Positions 29,653 through 38,806 of a stretch of DNA of 51,839 nt are shown here, piece after piece; the first letter of the stretch is position 1; the number at the start of each line of letters is the position of its first letter. The position numbers were made by a program, and so were the translations under genes. The stretch lies in the sequence record SRR2962707_3462. The stretch is one strand, 5' to 3'. The notes below the pieces were generated by a model. That model saw only the letters and a list, made by a program, of their open reading frames with translations, ran no database searches and was not told where the DNA came from.

Positions 29653-31122
29653 ATGGACACAATCCGCTTAGACACTATCCAGTTAAAGAAAGTGACAGTG
29701 AACTTTGATGATCGCTTTAAACTAAGCGAGATTAATTGGACCATTGAAGCTAACCAACATTGGGTAATTACTGGCACCAACGGCTCTGGGAAATCCGCTT
29801 TAGCTGCGGTGCTTGCAGGCGTTGGAGAGATCGAAGGCGGTGAGTTATCAGGTTTACCAAGCAAGGTTGGCCTTGTGTCCTTTGAGGCTCAAGCCGAGTT
29901 GATTGCCAAAGAATTAAAAAAAGACGACGCCGATATCATGGACGTTATCTCCCTTGGCACACCTGTCCATGAAATGATTTTCGATGACTGTCAGGACCCT
30001 AAACTGGCACAAGAACTCGTTGAAAAATTTGGTTTAACATCCTTACTCGATCGCGCCTTTCGAAAACTATCGACAGGTGAAACACGCAAAGTCATGTTGA
30101 TCCGCGCCCTCTCCAGCAAACCCAACTTGTTGATTTTAGACGAACCATTTGATGGTTTAGATGCTGGCACACTGACCATGCTACAAGAGCACCTGATCAG
30201 CATCGCTGACACAGTTCCGATGATTATGGTACTCAATCGCTTTGATGAAATGCCGGAGTTTATCACTCACGTCGCCTACCTAGACAAAGACAGCTCGGAT
30301 AAAAAGCAAGGCGATAAGGGACGCCTAACACTGACAATAGACAAAAATGACGAGCAAGCGTTTGGCGAGCTCTACCAACTGCTGCATTTAAAAACCACCG
30401 ATCTGCATGTGCCAGACGCGGACCCTGCGAATAAACTGCCCGAGTTAGATTCAAGCCAACCCCTCGTTAAGCTCAAACAAGCGACCATAAAGTACGGCGA
30501 TACGACCATCGTCGACAAGCTGGATTGGACAATTGAACCAGGCCAGCATTGGCAGCTTAGCGGCCCTAACGGCAGCGGCAAAACCTGTGTTTTATCTTTA
30601 ATCACTGGCGATCACCCGCAATGCTACACCAACGATATTTTCGTCTTCGGCTTCCAGCGTGGCAACGGCGAGAGTATTTGGCAAATTAAGCAATTTATCG
30701 GCTACGTCTCGACAGCATTACAATGGGAATATCGCGTGAGTACCAGTTGTCGCAACGTGATTATTTCAGGTTTTTTTGACAGCATCGGTATGTACACAAA
30801 GTCCACCGATAACCAGAAGAAAATCGCCGACCAGTGGCTTGAACTACTCGGCATGAAAGACCGCGCAGACCAGCCCTTTAACAAGCTCTCTTACGGCGAC
30901 CAGCGCTTGTTACTCATCGCCCGCGCCATGGTAAAGCACCCACCACTATTGATCCTAGACGAGCCTTGCCTAGGGCTAGACGACATGAACCGCCAGCTAG
31001 TACTCGCCTTGATCGAAAAGATCTGCGAAGGCAAAGAAACCACTGTGCTGTATGTCAACCACCACGCAGAAGACCAGATCAAAGGGATTGAAAACTACTT
31101 GGGGTTGGTTAAGAACCACTAG
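29653..31122 (+). CDS. modF: Double ABC-ATPase ModF
   Basis: Two Walker A motifs (GTNGSGKS, GPNGSGKT), LSTGETRK, ITGDHPQCY.ND, RG.GESIW.IK. Confidence 0.92.
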   Translation: MDTIRLDTIQLKKVTVNFDDRFKLSEINWTIEANQHWVITGTNGSGKSALAAVLAGVGEIEGGELSGLPSKVGLVSFEAQAELIAKELKKDDADIMDVISLGTPVHEMIFDDCQDPKLAQELVEKFGLTSLLDRAFRKLSTGETRKVMLIRALSSKPNLLILDEPFDGLDAGTLTMLQEHLISIADTVPMIMVLNRFDEMPEFITHVAYLDKDSSDKKQGDKGRLTLTIDKNDEQAFGELYQLLHLKTTDLHVPDADPANKLPELDSSQPLVKLKQATIKYGDTTIVDKLDWTIEPGQHWQLSGPNGSGKTCVLSLITGDHPQCYTNDIFVFGFQRGNGESIWQIKQFIGYVSTALQWEYRVSTSCRNVIISGFFDSIGMYTKSTDNQKKIADQWLELLGMKDRADQPFNKLSYGDQRLLLIARAMVKHPPLLILDEPCLGLDDMNRQLVLALIEKICEGKETTVLYVNHHAEDQIKGIENYLGLVKNH

Positions 31123-31137
31123 ATTTACGGCTGCCAT

Positions 31138-31176
31138 AAACACAAAAGCCAACTCACAGAGTTGGCTTTTGTGTTT
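31138..31176. terminator. Bidirectional terminator between modF and the DUF2971-like gene
   Basis: AAACACAAAAGCCAACTC-aca-GAGTTGGCTTTTGTGTTT, perfect 18-bp stem. Confidence 0.8.
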
Positions 31177-31213
31177 TCGAAGATTGTGAATTCAGGACAC
31201 ACTTTCAATTATC

Positions 31214-32641
31214 TTACGTATTTTCTGGCCTCTCGAATTTAAGGGAAGATATCTCGTAATGCTTGATATTTCCATCATCTCTACAGTAATAGGCCTGATA
31301 AAAACAAAATTCATAATGACTATATTGACTGACTTTCTTTTCTATCAGCTCAATGATTTTCCATTTATCTTCATCAGATGTCTTGATGCCAAAAATAATC
31401 CCTTTCAAAGATTTAAAGTCATATTGAAGAGTAGTGCTTTCTTGCGAGTAACTACCATTCATATCACATATCAACAATCTATACTCATTCTCATATTTCC
31501 AGTCATTGGTTTTCTTAGTAACTGATTTATAGAAATTATCCCAATATTGCTCACCCCCCCAATCAACATTGTAACTTTCAGCCAATGGACTGAGAACTCT
31601 ATTCCAAGAATACCAATTCCTGTATACTAAAGGTTTAGGAAGCTGCCCTATTGTCTTGAAGAAGTTAATCGGTTCATATTTTTTTTCATATTCAATTTGG
31701 AAAAATTTAAATGGCGATTTTCCTTTTACTACTCCATTTTTGTTCCACCCTTTAATGTCACTATTTAGTGAAAGATAGCTATATTTATTACTATCAACTT
31801 CGGCTGAGAAAACCATGCATACACCGGTATGATTTTTCCCATAATGCCCCCAAACAGACGAATTAGTACAATCGCTCATAAAACATGCCGTAAACCAGTC
31901 GGGAAACATTAACCGTTCCAATTGCTGAACGTATAAACTCGCGAATTCAGTAGTAAAAATCTTTCTTCGAAACTTTGACATTCTACTTACGAACGCAAGC
32001 GCTACATCATCTTTGGCAAAAAACAAGATATTTTTATGTTGAAACTCCTGAACTTTACCCTCTCCGTATTTAGCTTCAAAATCTTTAAGGTCTTGAAAAT
32101 AGGTATCATTTATTTTCTTTAAGTACGAGAAGTCTATCTTTTTAAAAATATTATCAGATACGGCGGATATCTCCTCTAGCCTTTCATAGATACAATAAAG
32201 CGCAAAGGAATGGACCATCCGAAAGTATAATTCAAGCTCATTTTCCCCAATGCTCTCTCTATAGATAGATATCCCATCTATAAGATTTTGAATGTGTTCA
32301 CTTCTGATAAAATTTTCTGAAACAATCGAAAACTCTGCTTGGAAATTTTCGTGTAAATCATCAACAGTCACACAGGCATCAAAGTGTTTATCTAAGTCTA
32401 AGTCAAACTCATCTCCAATTATCAAAAATTCCACACACCACTTCATTAAGCACAACAAGTAGTGGTTAAATAAATTCGTCCATAAAATGCGATCACCTTG
32501 CCAATAAATATCCTTAAAACCCTCTACAGGATCGTTAAGTAAATGTGGAGGAGCGAAGAAAATGGACTGTTTTTCCAACTCTTCGCGTTCACCTAAAAGA
32601 TTTTCGATAGACCGGAAACGATAGAAGGTATCAATTGACAT
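31214..32641 (-). CDS. DUF2971-like domain protein (AT-rich, probably horizontally acquired)
   Basis: YRFR, LNDP.EG, ACF.......WGHYG.NH.GVC..F, K...W.YE.EYR, I.FG motifs; AT-rich codons. Confidence 0.8.
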   Translation of the reverse strand: MSIDTFYRFRSIENLLGEREELEKQSIFFAPPHLLNDPVEGFKDIYWQGDRILWTNLFNHYLLCLMKWCVEFLIIGDEFDLDLDKHFDACVTVDDLHENFQAEFSIVSENFIRSEHIQNLIDGISIYRESIGENELELYFRMVHSFALYCIYERLEEISAVSDNIFKKIDFSYLKKINDTYFQDLKDFEAKYGEGKVQEFQHKNILFFAKDDVALAFVSRMSKFRRKIFTTEFASLYVQQLERLMFPDWFTACFMSDCTNSSVWGHYGKNHTGVCMVFSAEVDSNKYSYLSLNSDIKGWNKNGVVKGKSPFKFFQIEYEKKYEPINFFKTIGQLPKPLVYRNWYSWNRVLSPLAESYNVDWGGEQYWDNFYKSVTKKTNDWKYENEYRLLICDMNGSYSQESTTLQYDFKSLKGIIFGIKTSDEDKWKIIELIEKKVSQYSHYEFCFYQAYYCRDDGNIKHYEISSLKFERPENT

Positions 32642-32705
32642 AGAGCATTCCGTTTACAATTAAAGGACAAGCTTCTGAATATAAAAAACAGCCTGAGCCT
32701 AAATT

Positions 32706-32801
32706 TCATTCAATCTGATACTTAGAACTACTGTTATAACGCGGCTCCAAGTTTTGCCATTCTTGCAGAGCACCCTTTTTAAATTCGAGTTTATAAGTCA
32801 G
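32706..32801 (-). pseudogene. RelE/StbE-type toxin remnant (start codon lost, truncated)
   Basis: Hand translation from 32801: (CTG)-TYKLEFKKGALQEWQNLEP-RYNSSSKYQIE*; first 20 residues match the RelE/StbE N-terminal pattern MTYKLEF...AL.EW..L and overlap the antitoxin stop. Confidence 0.75.
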
Positions 32802-32928
32802 CGATGCTGACTGAGATACTTTCTTCATTTGCGCGTTTCTTCGCGAGAGCTACAAGCTCCATATCTTCCAATTTATCCATTAAGGCTCCATACGCTTCGG
32901 CAGGGACACAGTAAAACGCAGTATCATT
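32791..32928 (-). pseudogene. StbD/YafN (Phd/YefM-family) antitoxin, C-terminal remnant
   Basis: Hand translation NDTAFYCVPAEAYGALMDKLEDMELVALAKKRANEESISVSIADL*; AFYCVP is the StbD/YafN hallmark; in-frame TAG at 32941-32943 upstream and the N-terminal part is missing. Confidence 0.85.
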
Positions 32929-32989
32929 AAAACGACAACTCTACCATTGATTCTCGTGCCAATTCCATCAGGTCAGCTTTTTTACCTTC

Positions 32990-33036
32990 CCCCCCTCAAA
33001 TGAGGGTGGTCTGCTCGATTGTAAAGAGTCTATATT
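32990..33036 (+). promoter_or_regulatory. Candidate activator-dependent promoter: 20-bp imperfect palindrome plus -10 element
   Basis: CCCCCCTCA-AA-TGAGGGTGG (32990-33009; core CCCTCAAATGAGGG) and TATATT at 33031-33036. Confidence 0.5.
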
Positions 33037-33071
33037 TAAATCGTCAGCAAAAACCAAAAAGAAGATGAATT

Positions 33072-34025
33072 ATGAATAAAGTAACGTCGCTAAAGATCGT
33101 ATTATCTGCAGGAATCACTCTCACTTTATCTGGCTGTTTCTCAAACACTTCAATGATCATGGACGCGACGGGGGCAAAAAAAGGCGAGCTTCCTGCTTTT
33201 CAACAACCCGATTTCACTAATGCTCAAGCTGATTTTAGAAAAAAATTAGAGATATATCACAACACCAATAAAATGCCTGTGGATACCAGTTCATACAGCA
33301 GCTGTAACCTCAACCAAAAAACACTTCAAGACATATCCGGTTTTACAGCCATTGCTGACCTACTTGATACCACTCGAAAAAATAAAGATTCAAAAAAATC
33401 ACTCACTGCACGAATTGGTCAGGACGCATCTTCTGCTGCAGGGCAAGATATCCAGCAGACTTATAATTGGCAAGGTGGTGCTTTATATGCATCAACCATA
33501 GATTGTCAAAAATTAACGAACCATTCAGATGCTAGTAACGTTAGTTTTTTAATTGATAGCCAATACCTAATCAAGACAACAGGAGCTAATTTTAATGGCA
33601 CACACTCTATTACTGAAACAAAACATGTTCAGCGAATAGCCCCTGATCATAGTATGTCTATCAGCCTATACTCTTCTATTATTGGTGATGACTTCACAAA
33701 AGACTTTGGTACTAAGTTGGCACTTAGCCTGAGTAATTTAAAAGATCCTTCGTTTATTTACACTTATAAGAAAGGAAATGACCAATTAAATATGATTGAA
33801 GCACCATCAAGTCCTGACATCTATTTTACTCAACACTTTATGACCTTAAACAAAGAAGAACAACGGATTCGCTCTTATCGATATACAGGAGCCGTTCATG
33901 ATGGTGTTGGACGCTCTCTAAACGGTAAAGCACAAGGTCTACAAGAGAGTTTTGGCAAATACGGTTCCAACCTATGTTTTGATCAGGGAGAGCTTGTACA
34001 GAAATCAGATTGTGAGGCCTTTTAA
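33072..34025 (+). CDS. Hypothetical lipoprotein
   Basis: 317-aa ORF, basic N-terminus, hydrophobic core and lipobox LSGC; no family recognised. Confidence 0.75.
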   Translation: MNKVTSLKIVLSAGITLTLSGCFSNTSMIMDATGAKKGELPAFQQPDFTNAQADFRKKLEIYHNTNKMPVDTSSYSSCNLNQKTLQDISGFTAIADLLDTTRKNKDSKKSLTARIGQDASSAAGQDIQQTYNWQGGALYASTIDCQKLTNHSDASNVSFLIDSQYLIKTTGANFNGTHSITETKHVQRIAPDHSMSISLYSSIIGDDFTKDFGTKLALSLSNLKDPSFIYTYKKGNDQLNMIEAPSSPDIYFTQHFMTLNKEEQRIRSYRYTGAVHDGVGRSLNGKAQGLQESFGKYGSNLCFDQGELVQKSDCEAF

Positions 34026-34028
34026 ATA

Positions 34029-35276
34029 ATGCTTATCACTATATCAAAATGGTGCTTATTAATTATCTGTTTAGCATGCGCTGGCTGCTCAACATTACAG
34101 ATGCCTCATGGGCTTGGGCCTGCCGAATGTAAATCTGGTGACTGCTCTAATGGTGTTGGATCTCTCTACTCACCATTCGCAAAAGTAACCTACCACGGCC
34201 AATGGGATGGAGGGGAGATTGGTAGCGGTACTTATACCATTGACTACAAAGGCCAAGAGTTTACCACTCTTTATAAAGATGGCAGGCCGGTCAGTGGGAC
34301 TAAGTTTTACCCGCATATTAATGGCGAATTAGATTATTTTACCGGTGAATGGACACAGTACTACGACCCTTTCAGCAAGCAAACCATCACATTCCCACAT
34401 GAAGGAATTTACCACTCTATTACTGGCGCAACGTTAACTGGAGAATTCTATGCCATTCCTAGCCGAGGCATGTTCAAGCACATTTATGAAGAAAACCCTG
34501 ATACTTCACTGAGACATTCAATCGCCAATATCCTTTTTATTGGGAAAGTGAGCTATCAAGGTGAAGAAGAAATCACCACGTTAGCCGGCACAAATTACTT
34601 CATCGGCATGCCTTTTATCAGTTCAAAATATTCTGGGTTAAAACCTTCTGACGCGGGCATGTTGGCTCAGTTCAAACGCGACTTAAAATCAGAACAACAA
34701 GCGCAACAAAATGCCAGAGTACAAGACCAAGGTAACGGCTTCGACTTCGGTAAAATCATTGCGATTGCAGCGACGGTGGCCGTCGCCACTAGTGATTTCA
34801 GCGATTTGGGACCAGATGTAAGCATGTTTTCTTCCACCATGGGTGATTTCACAAACACACAAAAAACACCAGAACAGCAAAAAGCGTCCTTTATACAGCA
34901 CAAAGAACAAGTGACAACACAGGTTCAATCGAATGTGAATAAAATTGAGCAGCGCTATGCTCCCCTGCCAAAAGCTAAGCCGCACTCACAACAAACCATA
35001 GCCAAGTCAAAACCTGTAGAAACCAAAGTGATAGCGGCTCAGCCAACCAACATAAACATAGAGGCAAGCGGTACAACAGGTAGCTATTTTACGTATGAGC
35101 AAGCGCTTGATTTGTCACAAACCAACGCTGAAAACAAGGCGCATTCAATGTGTCGTAACGACCACAATGGACGGTTAAAGGCGAACAGTGGCAACATGGC
35201 CAAAAAGAATTGTCAGCAAAAGAAAAATGAATTTCGCTGTAATGTGACTATGATTTTTGTATGTCAAAAAGAATAG
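34029..35276 (+). CDS. Hypothetical lipoprotein with MORN-like N-terminal segment and Cys-rich C-terminal domain
   Basis: Lipobox-like CAGC; C.SGDC.NG.G....Y.GQW; Q/P/K-rich linker; four Cys in the last 45 aa. Confidence 0.7.
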   Translation: MLITISKWCLLIICLACAGCSTLQMPHGLGPAECKSGDCSNGVGSLYSPFAKVTYHGQWDGGEIGSGTYTIDYKGQEFTTLYKDGRPVSGTKFYPHINGELDYFTGEWTQYYDPFSKQTITFPHEGIYHSITGATLTGEFYAIPSRGMFKHIYEENPDTSLRHSIANILFIGKVSYQGEEEITTLAGTNYFIGMPFISSKYSGLKPSDAGMLAQFKRDLKSEQQAQQNARVQDQGNGFDFGKIIAIAATVAVATSDFSDLGPDVSMFSSTMGDFTNTQKTPEQQKASFIQHKEQVTTQVQSNVNKIEQRYAPLPKAKPHSQQTIAKSKPVETKVIAAQPTNINIEASGTTGSYFTYEQALDLSQTNAENKAHSMCRNDHNGRLKANSGNMAKKNCQQKKNEFRCNVTMIFVCQKE

Positions 35277-35315
35277 TTTCTAACACTTAGTAAGCGTTGC
35301 TAACTCTGTATCTAG

Positions 35316-36440
35316 TCAATGGAGCAAAGCGGATAAGATACTACTAATGAGCTCTCCTTGCCTTGAGTGATTGGTTTTAATAAAAACATTTTTCAAATAA
35401 GAGCGGATTGTTGCTTCTGTTTTTCCGCTCTTTTTTGAAATGTCTTTTAACGTTAGCCCTGTGACTAAACCCTCACATAATTCAGACTCGGCAGGTGAAA
35501 GCGAAAAATATTGTCCAATCGTTTCCGCCTTTGGTAGTTTTCTCTTAGCAGGCTCAACAATAGTCACTAAGGCACCACCCCGTGAAACATCAGTGCTTTC
35601 CATTGGCCTTATCAGGACAATTAGTGGGGGGCGGCCTATTCTTTGCAAAAATAAGGTATCTGCATCATATTCACCTTGTCCCATGCTAGCTCGGATCACT
35701 TGCACCGACGATCTAAGGTAGGCTTTTTGAACATCATTCTGTTGGAACATTAATCGCTCGTTCCGAACAGACAATAATTTTTCTTCTAATAAAAATACTT
35801 TCGCAGGCTGATTAGAATGAATGACAACAGCCTGTTCATTTAGTACCAATGTTGCCTGAGGCATAGCGTTAACCACACTGGTTAGTGTTTTTCTCGCCAC
35901 ATTTCGCTGATCAATTTGCTGATACAACAAAACGGCTTGCCGGATAAAGGGCACTAATTGATTAAGCCGAGCTAGCTCTTCAGGATGATATATACCTTGG
36001 TCAACAGTCCTCTGCATCGTTAATAATATTGTGTGAGTCTGCGTGCAATGAACAACTAACCAAGCACTATCTAGCATATTCTGATCATTCTGCCAGCGCT
36101 TATAATCTTCTGTGACATTCAACTCATCCTTGATAGACAAAGCTGAGTGAAATAACCCTGGAGGCTGAAAAGTTGCATATCTAGAAACTAGATCCTGCTG
36201 GATCATATTATTCTTTGTATACCAATCTATAAAATCATCCGGCAGTCCTGCATACCAAAGGTGATCAATTTGTAATGGTTGCTTACGAACAACCACTAAT
36301 TCCGCAGCACATGCATTATGCGTCGTTCGGAGAAGATCTAAAAAATGATGAAAACCTTCTCGATCAGTCAGTCCCTCATATAACGCATGAACAATGTTGG
36401 CATCAGGTAGAATCATCTCATTTTTATAACTTAGAGACAT
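35316..36440 (-). CDS. LuxR-type HTH regulator with sensory (GAF/PAS-like) region
   Basis: C-terminal LSPAE..LC..L..G.TLKDI.....K.EATIRSYLKNVF.KT...RQGEL; central PAS-like segment; N-terminus unlike AHL-binding or REC domains. Confidence 0.87.
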   Translation of the reverse strand: MSLSYKNEMILPDANIVHALYEGLTDREGFHHFLDLLRTTHNACAAELVVVRKQPLQIDHLWYAGLPDDFIDWYTKNNMIQQDLVSRYATFQPPGLFHSALSIKDELNVTEDYKRWQNDQNMLDSAWLVVHCTQTHTILLTMQRTVDQGIYHPEELARLNQLVPFIRQAVLLYQQIDQRNVARKTLTSVVNAMPQATLVLNEQAVVIHSNQPAKVFLLEEKLLSVRNERLMFQQNDVQKAYLRSSVQVIRASMGQGEYDADTLFLQRIGRPPLIVLIRPMESTDVSRGGALVTIVEPAKRKLPKAETIGQYFSLSPAESELCEGLVTGLTLKDISKKSGKTEATIRSYLKNVFIKTNHSRQGELISSILSALLH

Positions 36441-36591
36441 ATCTAAACCACCTTAAATATTCAGTAATCCCTAGGGATATTATGATAAATAATAATATCA
36501 TAGCCCCTTATTCGAACTATTTTATAAAAAAGCAGCAAAAAGAGTCGCGATCCTTGATTACTCTGACCTCTACCATATTTAATATATTGGG

Positions 36592-37323
36592 CTACAGCAT
36601 GATTGTGCCGCGACCTATCGATTGAATTGGCCCTGTTGGTTTACCGGTTGGCGAGCCACCTTCTTGCTCTAAAGTCAGCTCAAACAGTTGATTGTCTGTC
36701 AGGGGTGGCAGCTTATCCAAAGCAATGTTTAAGGTCTCTCCTTTCTTAACTAAGCCCAGCGACACGGGAGCGTCCCAACCTTCGGCTTTGGTCCAAAACT
36801 GCAATGCTTTGCCTGCTGGAATTTCTATCGCGGCTAATGGAACAAGCTGCATTTGCCTTGCTTGACTCGTTTGTATTACCCAGCCAGGTGTTTTGTTTTC
36901 AGGCGCGACCAATACAGCAATGTAGGTAGGATCGCTCATGGTAGGTTGGACAGTCTGCAGCTGCACGGCAAAAAATACCGCGACAACAAAACAAGCCGTC
37001 GATAAACCACGCCACAATGCTAAATTCTGCCAAAATAAACCTAATTTAGTACTCGCTGGCGCTTTCGTTTGAGTAGCAGACTCTAACGCATCGACGCTAC
37101 GTTCAATACGCGCAGATAACGGCTGGGGAGCAGTTAATGGCACTAGTCGATCGGTAATAGACAAAAAATGTTCTTGCCACTGATTCACCGCTTTTTGCAG
37201 TTCGTCGCTTTGAGCTAAACGCGCTTCAAATGCAACTCGCTCTTCATCATTTAATGTACCCAGTACATATTGTCCAACCCATTCACTGTCTGTCTCTGGC
37301 GTGTCATTTGTCGGTTTATTCAT
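36592..37323 (-). CDS. Anti-sigma factor, RskA family
   Basis: YVLGTL...E...FE, single TM, LQFW...PVSLGL, LTLEQEGGSPTGKPTGP; ATGA overlap with the sigma stop. Confidence 0.9.
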   Translation of the reverse strand: MNKPTNDTPETDSEWVGQYVLGTLNDEERVAFEARLAQSDELQKAVNQWQEHFLSITDRLVPLTAPQPLSARIERSVDALESATQTKAPASTKLGLFWQNLALWRGLSTACFVVAVFFAVQLQTVQPTMSDPTYIAVLVAPENKTPGWVIQTSQARQMQLVPLAAIEIPAGKALQFWTKAEGWDAPVSLGLVKKGETLNIALDKLPPLTDNQLFELTLEQEGGSPTGKPTGPIQSIGRGTIML

Positions 37324-37883
37324 TGTAAACACTCCTTCAAGGCCGCCAGACTGCGCTTAATCCATGATTTCACCGTGCCAAGCGGCTTACCTAGCAGCTT
37401 AGCGATTTCATCTTGTGTGTAACCATCAACATACGCATGCAAGACACAGAGTTTTCGTTCGTTTTCCAAATGATCCAAACAAACATCAAGCGACGCCTGA
37501 GTGAAAACATCGCTAGCGAATTCATCATCTGGATGCTCATTATCCAGTACTTGCTTATCACATAAGTCCAATAAAAAGTCAGGTTCAGCAAGCACTTGTC
37601 GTTGGCTGTATTTTAAAGCGTTCAATGCTAAATTTCTTGCTACGGTGTAAATCCACCCCCGAGCAGAGCCTAGCCCTTTATGATAACGATCGGCGTTTTG
37701 CCAAATTTTAATGAAGGCGTCATGCACTACATCTTCCGCCAAAGGACGATTTTGTAAAATCCTCATCACCACAGCCAGCAACCTTGGTGCTTCCTGCTCG
37801 TAAAGCTGCATTAATGCTCGTCGATTGCCACCAGCACAACACACTAGCGCATTTTCATAATCAAAAGTCGTTACTGATGGCAC
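37320..37883 (-). CDS. ECF RNA polymerase sigma factor (SigK-like)
   Basis: AEDVVHDAFIKIW, WIYTVARN.AL, GYTQDEIA..LG.PLGTVKSWIKRSL; GTG start. Confidence 0.93.
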   Translation of the reverse strand: MPSVTTFDYENALVCCAGGNRRALMQLYEQEAPRLLAVVMRILQNRPLAEDVVHDAFIKIWQNADRYHKGLGSARGWIYTVARNLALNALKYSQRQVLAEPDFLLDLCDKQVLDNEHPDDEFASDVFTQASLDVCLDHLENERKLCVLHAYVDGYTQDEIAKLLGKPLGTVKSWIKRSLAALKECLQ

Positions 37884-37998
37884 GCTGATTTTCCTAATGA
37901 AAAAACCCAGTGTACGGAACTGGGCTTTTCAAGTCATTAAAGGCTGAAGAAATGACATATCAACTCATTGCTACACTAAATAATAGTCGAGCCAAATA

Positions 37999-38550
37999 TC
38001 ACTTCGCTTTCCAAAATAAATAATCACCAGAATAGTTCACTACAACAGTGTGGCCAATTTTATCAATGCTGCAGCCTTTCTCAGGTGCCGCACCGCCTTT
38101 CAGGTTGATACGCTGAACATAAGTAACCCCCTCTAACGCGCCAGAGCGAGCGGAAGCATTCGCTTTCACCAACTGCATAGGAATACTCCCTTTCGCTGAT
38201 GGGGATACCGCCAACTGCTTACCTGTGATCGAAGAACCATCCAGTGATTCCCATGTCGCTGGCGGCCCAAAATAGGACACTAAATGATTGCCTTTATTAT
38301 CACTCAAAATGGCACGAGGGCCTGCAAAAGCCCACTTCGATTGCTTGCTGTTTTTTGCATCTGCTTTACATACCCAAGTGATGTTTCCCTGAGCCATGGT
38401 ATGCATAGCGACCACGTTCCCCGCTGGCACCTGGACTGAACTCGGTATTTTGTCTTGAGAAAAACTACCAGCATAAGATTGTGCCGCCACTGTCATTAGA
38501 ATCGACACAGCTGTCATTTGTAAGCCTTTATGCATAATTTGAGTTTTCAT
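37999..38550 (-). CDS. DUF3455-family secreted protein
   Basis: Signal peptide (SYA); G...W.C, W.F.GP.A.L, P.W...DGS...G, IP..L, TYVQRIN.KGG.AP..C, Y..DYLFW. Confidence 0.85.
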   Translation of the reverse strand: MKTQIMHKGLQMTAVSILMTVAAQSYAGSFSQDKIPSSVQVPAGNVVAMHTMAQGNITWVCKADAKNSKQSKWAFAGPRAILSDNKGNHLVSYFGPPATWESLDGSSITGKQLAVSPSAKGSIPMQLVKANASARSGALEGVTYVQRINLKGGAAPEKGCSIDKIGHTVVVNYSGDYLFWKAK

Positions 38551-38806
38551 ATTTGTTATCCCTATTTATTATTCATCTGTATTAGAAAAAACAGTCAATG
38601 TCCTACTGCTAATAAGTACAACAATCGAAAACAGCATTTGGATGCAGAAAATACAAAATAAAGTTATAAAAATGATTTTTTTATTTTTCAGACCGTCATT
38701 TCATTTTCGTTTAGTGGGTTTATGCCAGTTAAAACAAGGTGATAGAAAGTAACAATATTTCGCTATAGAATGAAAAATCATTCTGATAAAACGTTGAGGG
38801 ATCACA

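Noticed and set aside
29653-31122. Molybdate uptake locus
   Set aside because: Only modF is present; no modABC or modE in the window, and ModF is not the ModABC ATPase
31177-32745. Integron cassette: minus-strand GCGTTAT at the toxin breakpoint resembles an attC core site, and TA/DUF2971 genes are typical cassette cargo
   Set aside because: No inverse core (RYYYAAC) or attC hairpin after the DUF2971-like stop, no repeated attC and no integrase; GTTATAAC also occurs elsewhere in the window
32929-32995. Short minus-strand frame GEGKKADLMELARESMVELSF* that might be the 3' remnant of another gene
   Set aside because: Too short to assign; no recognisable family
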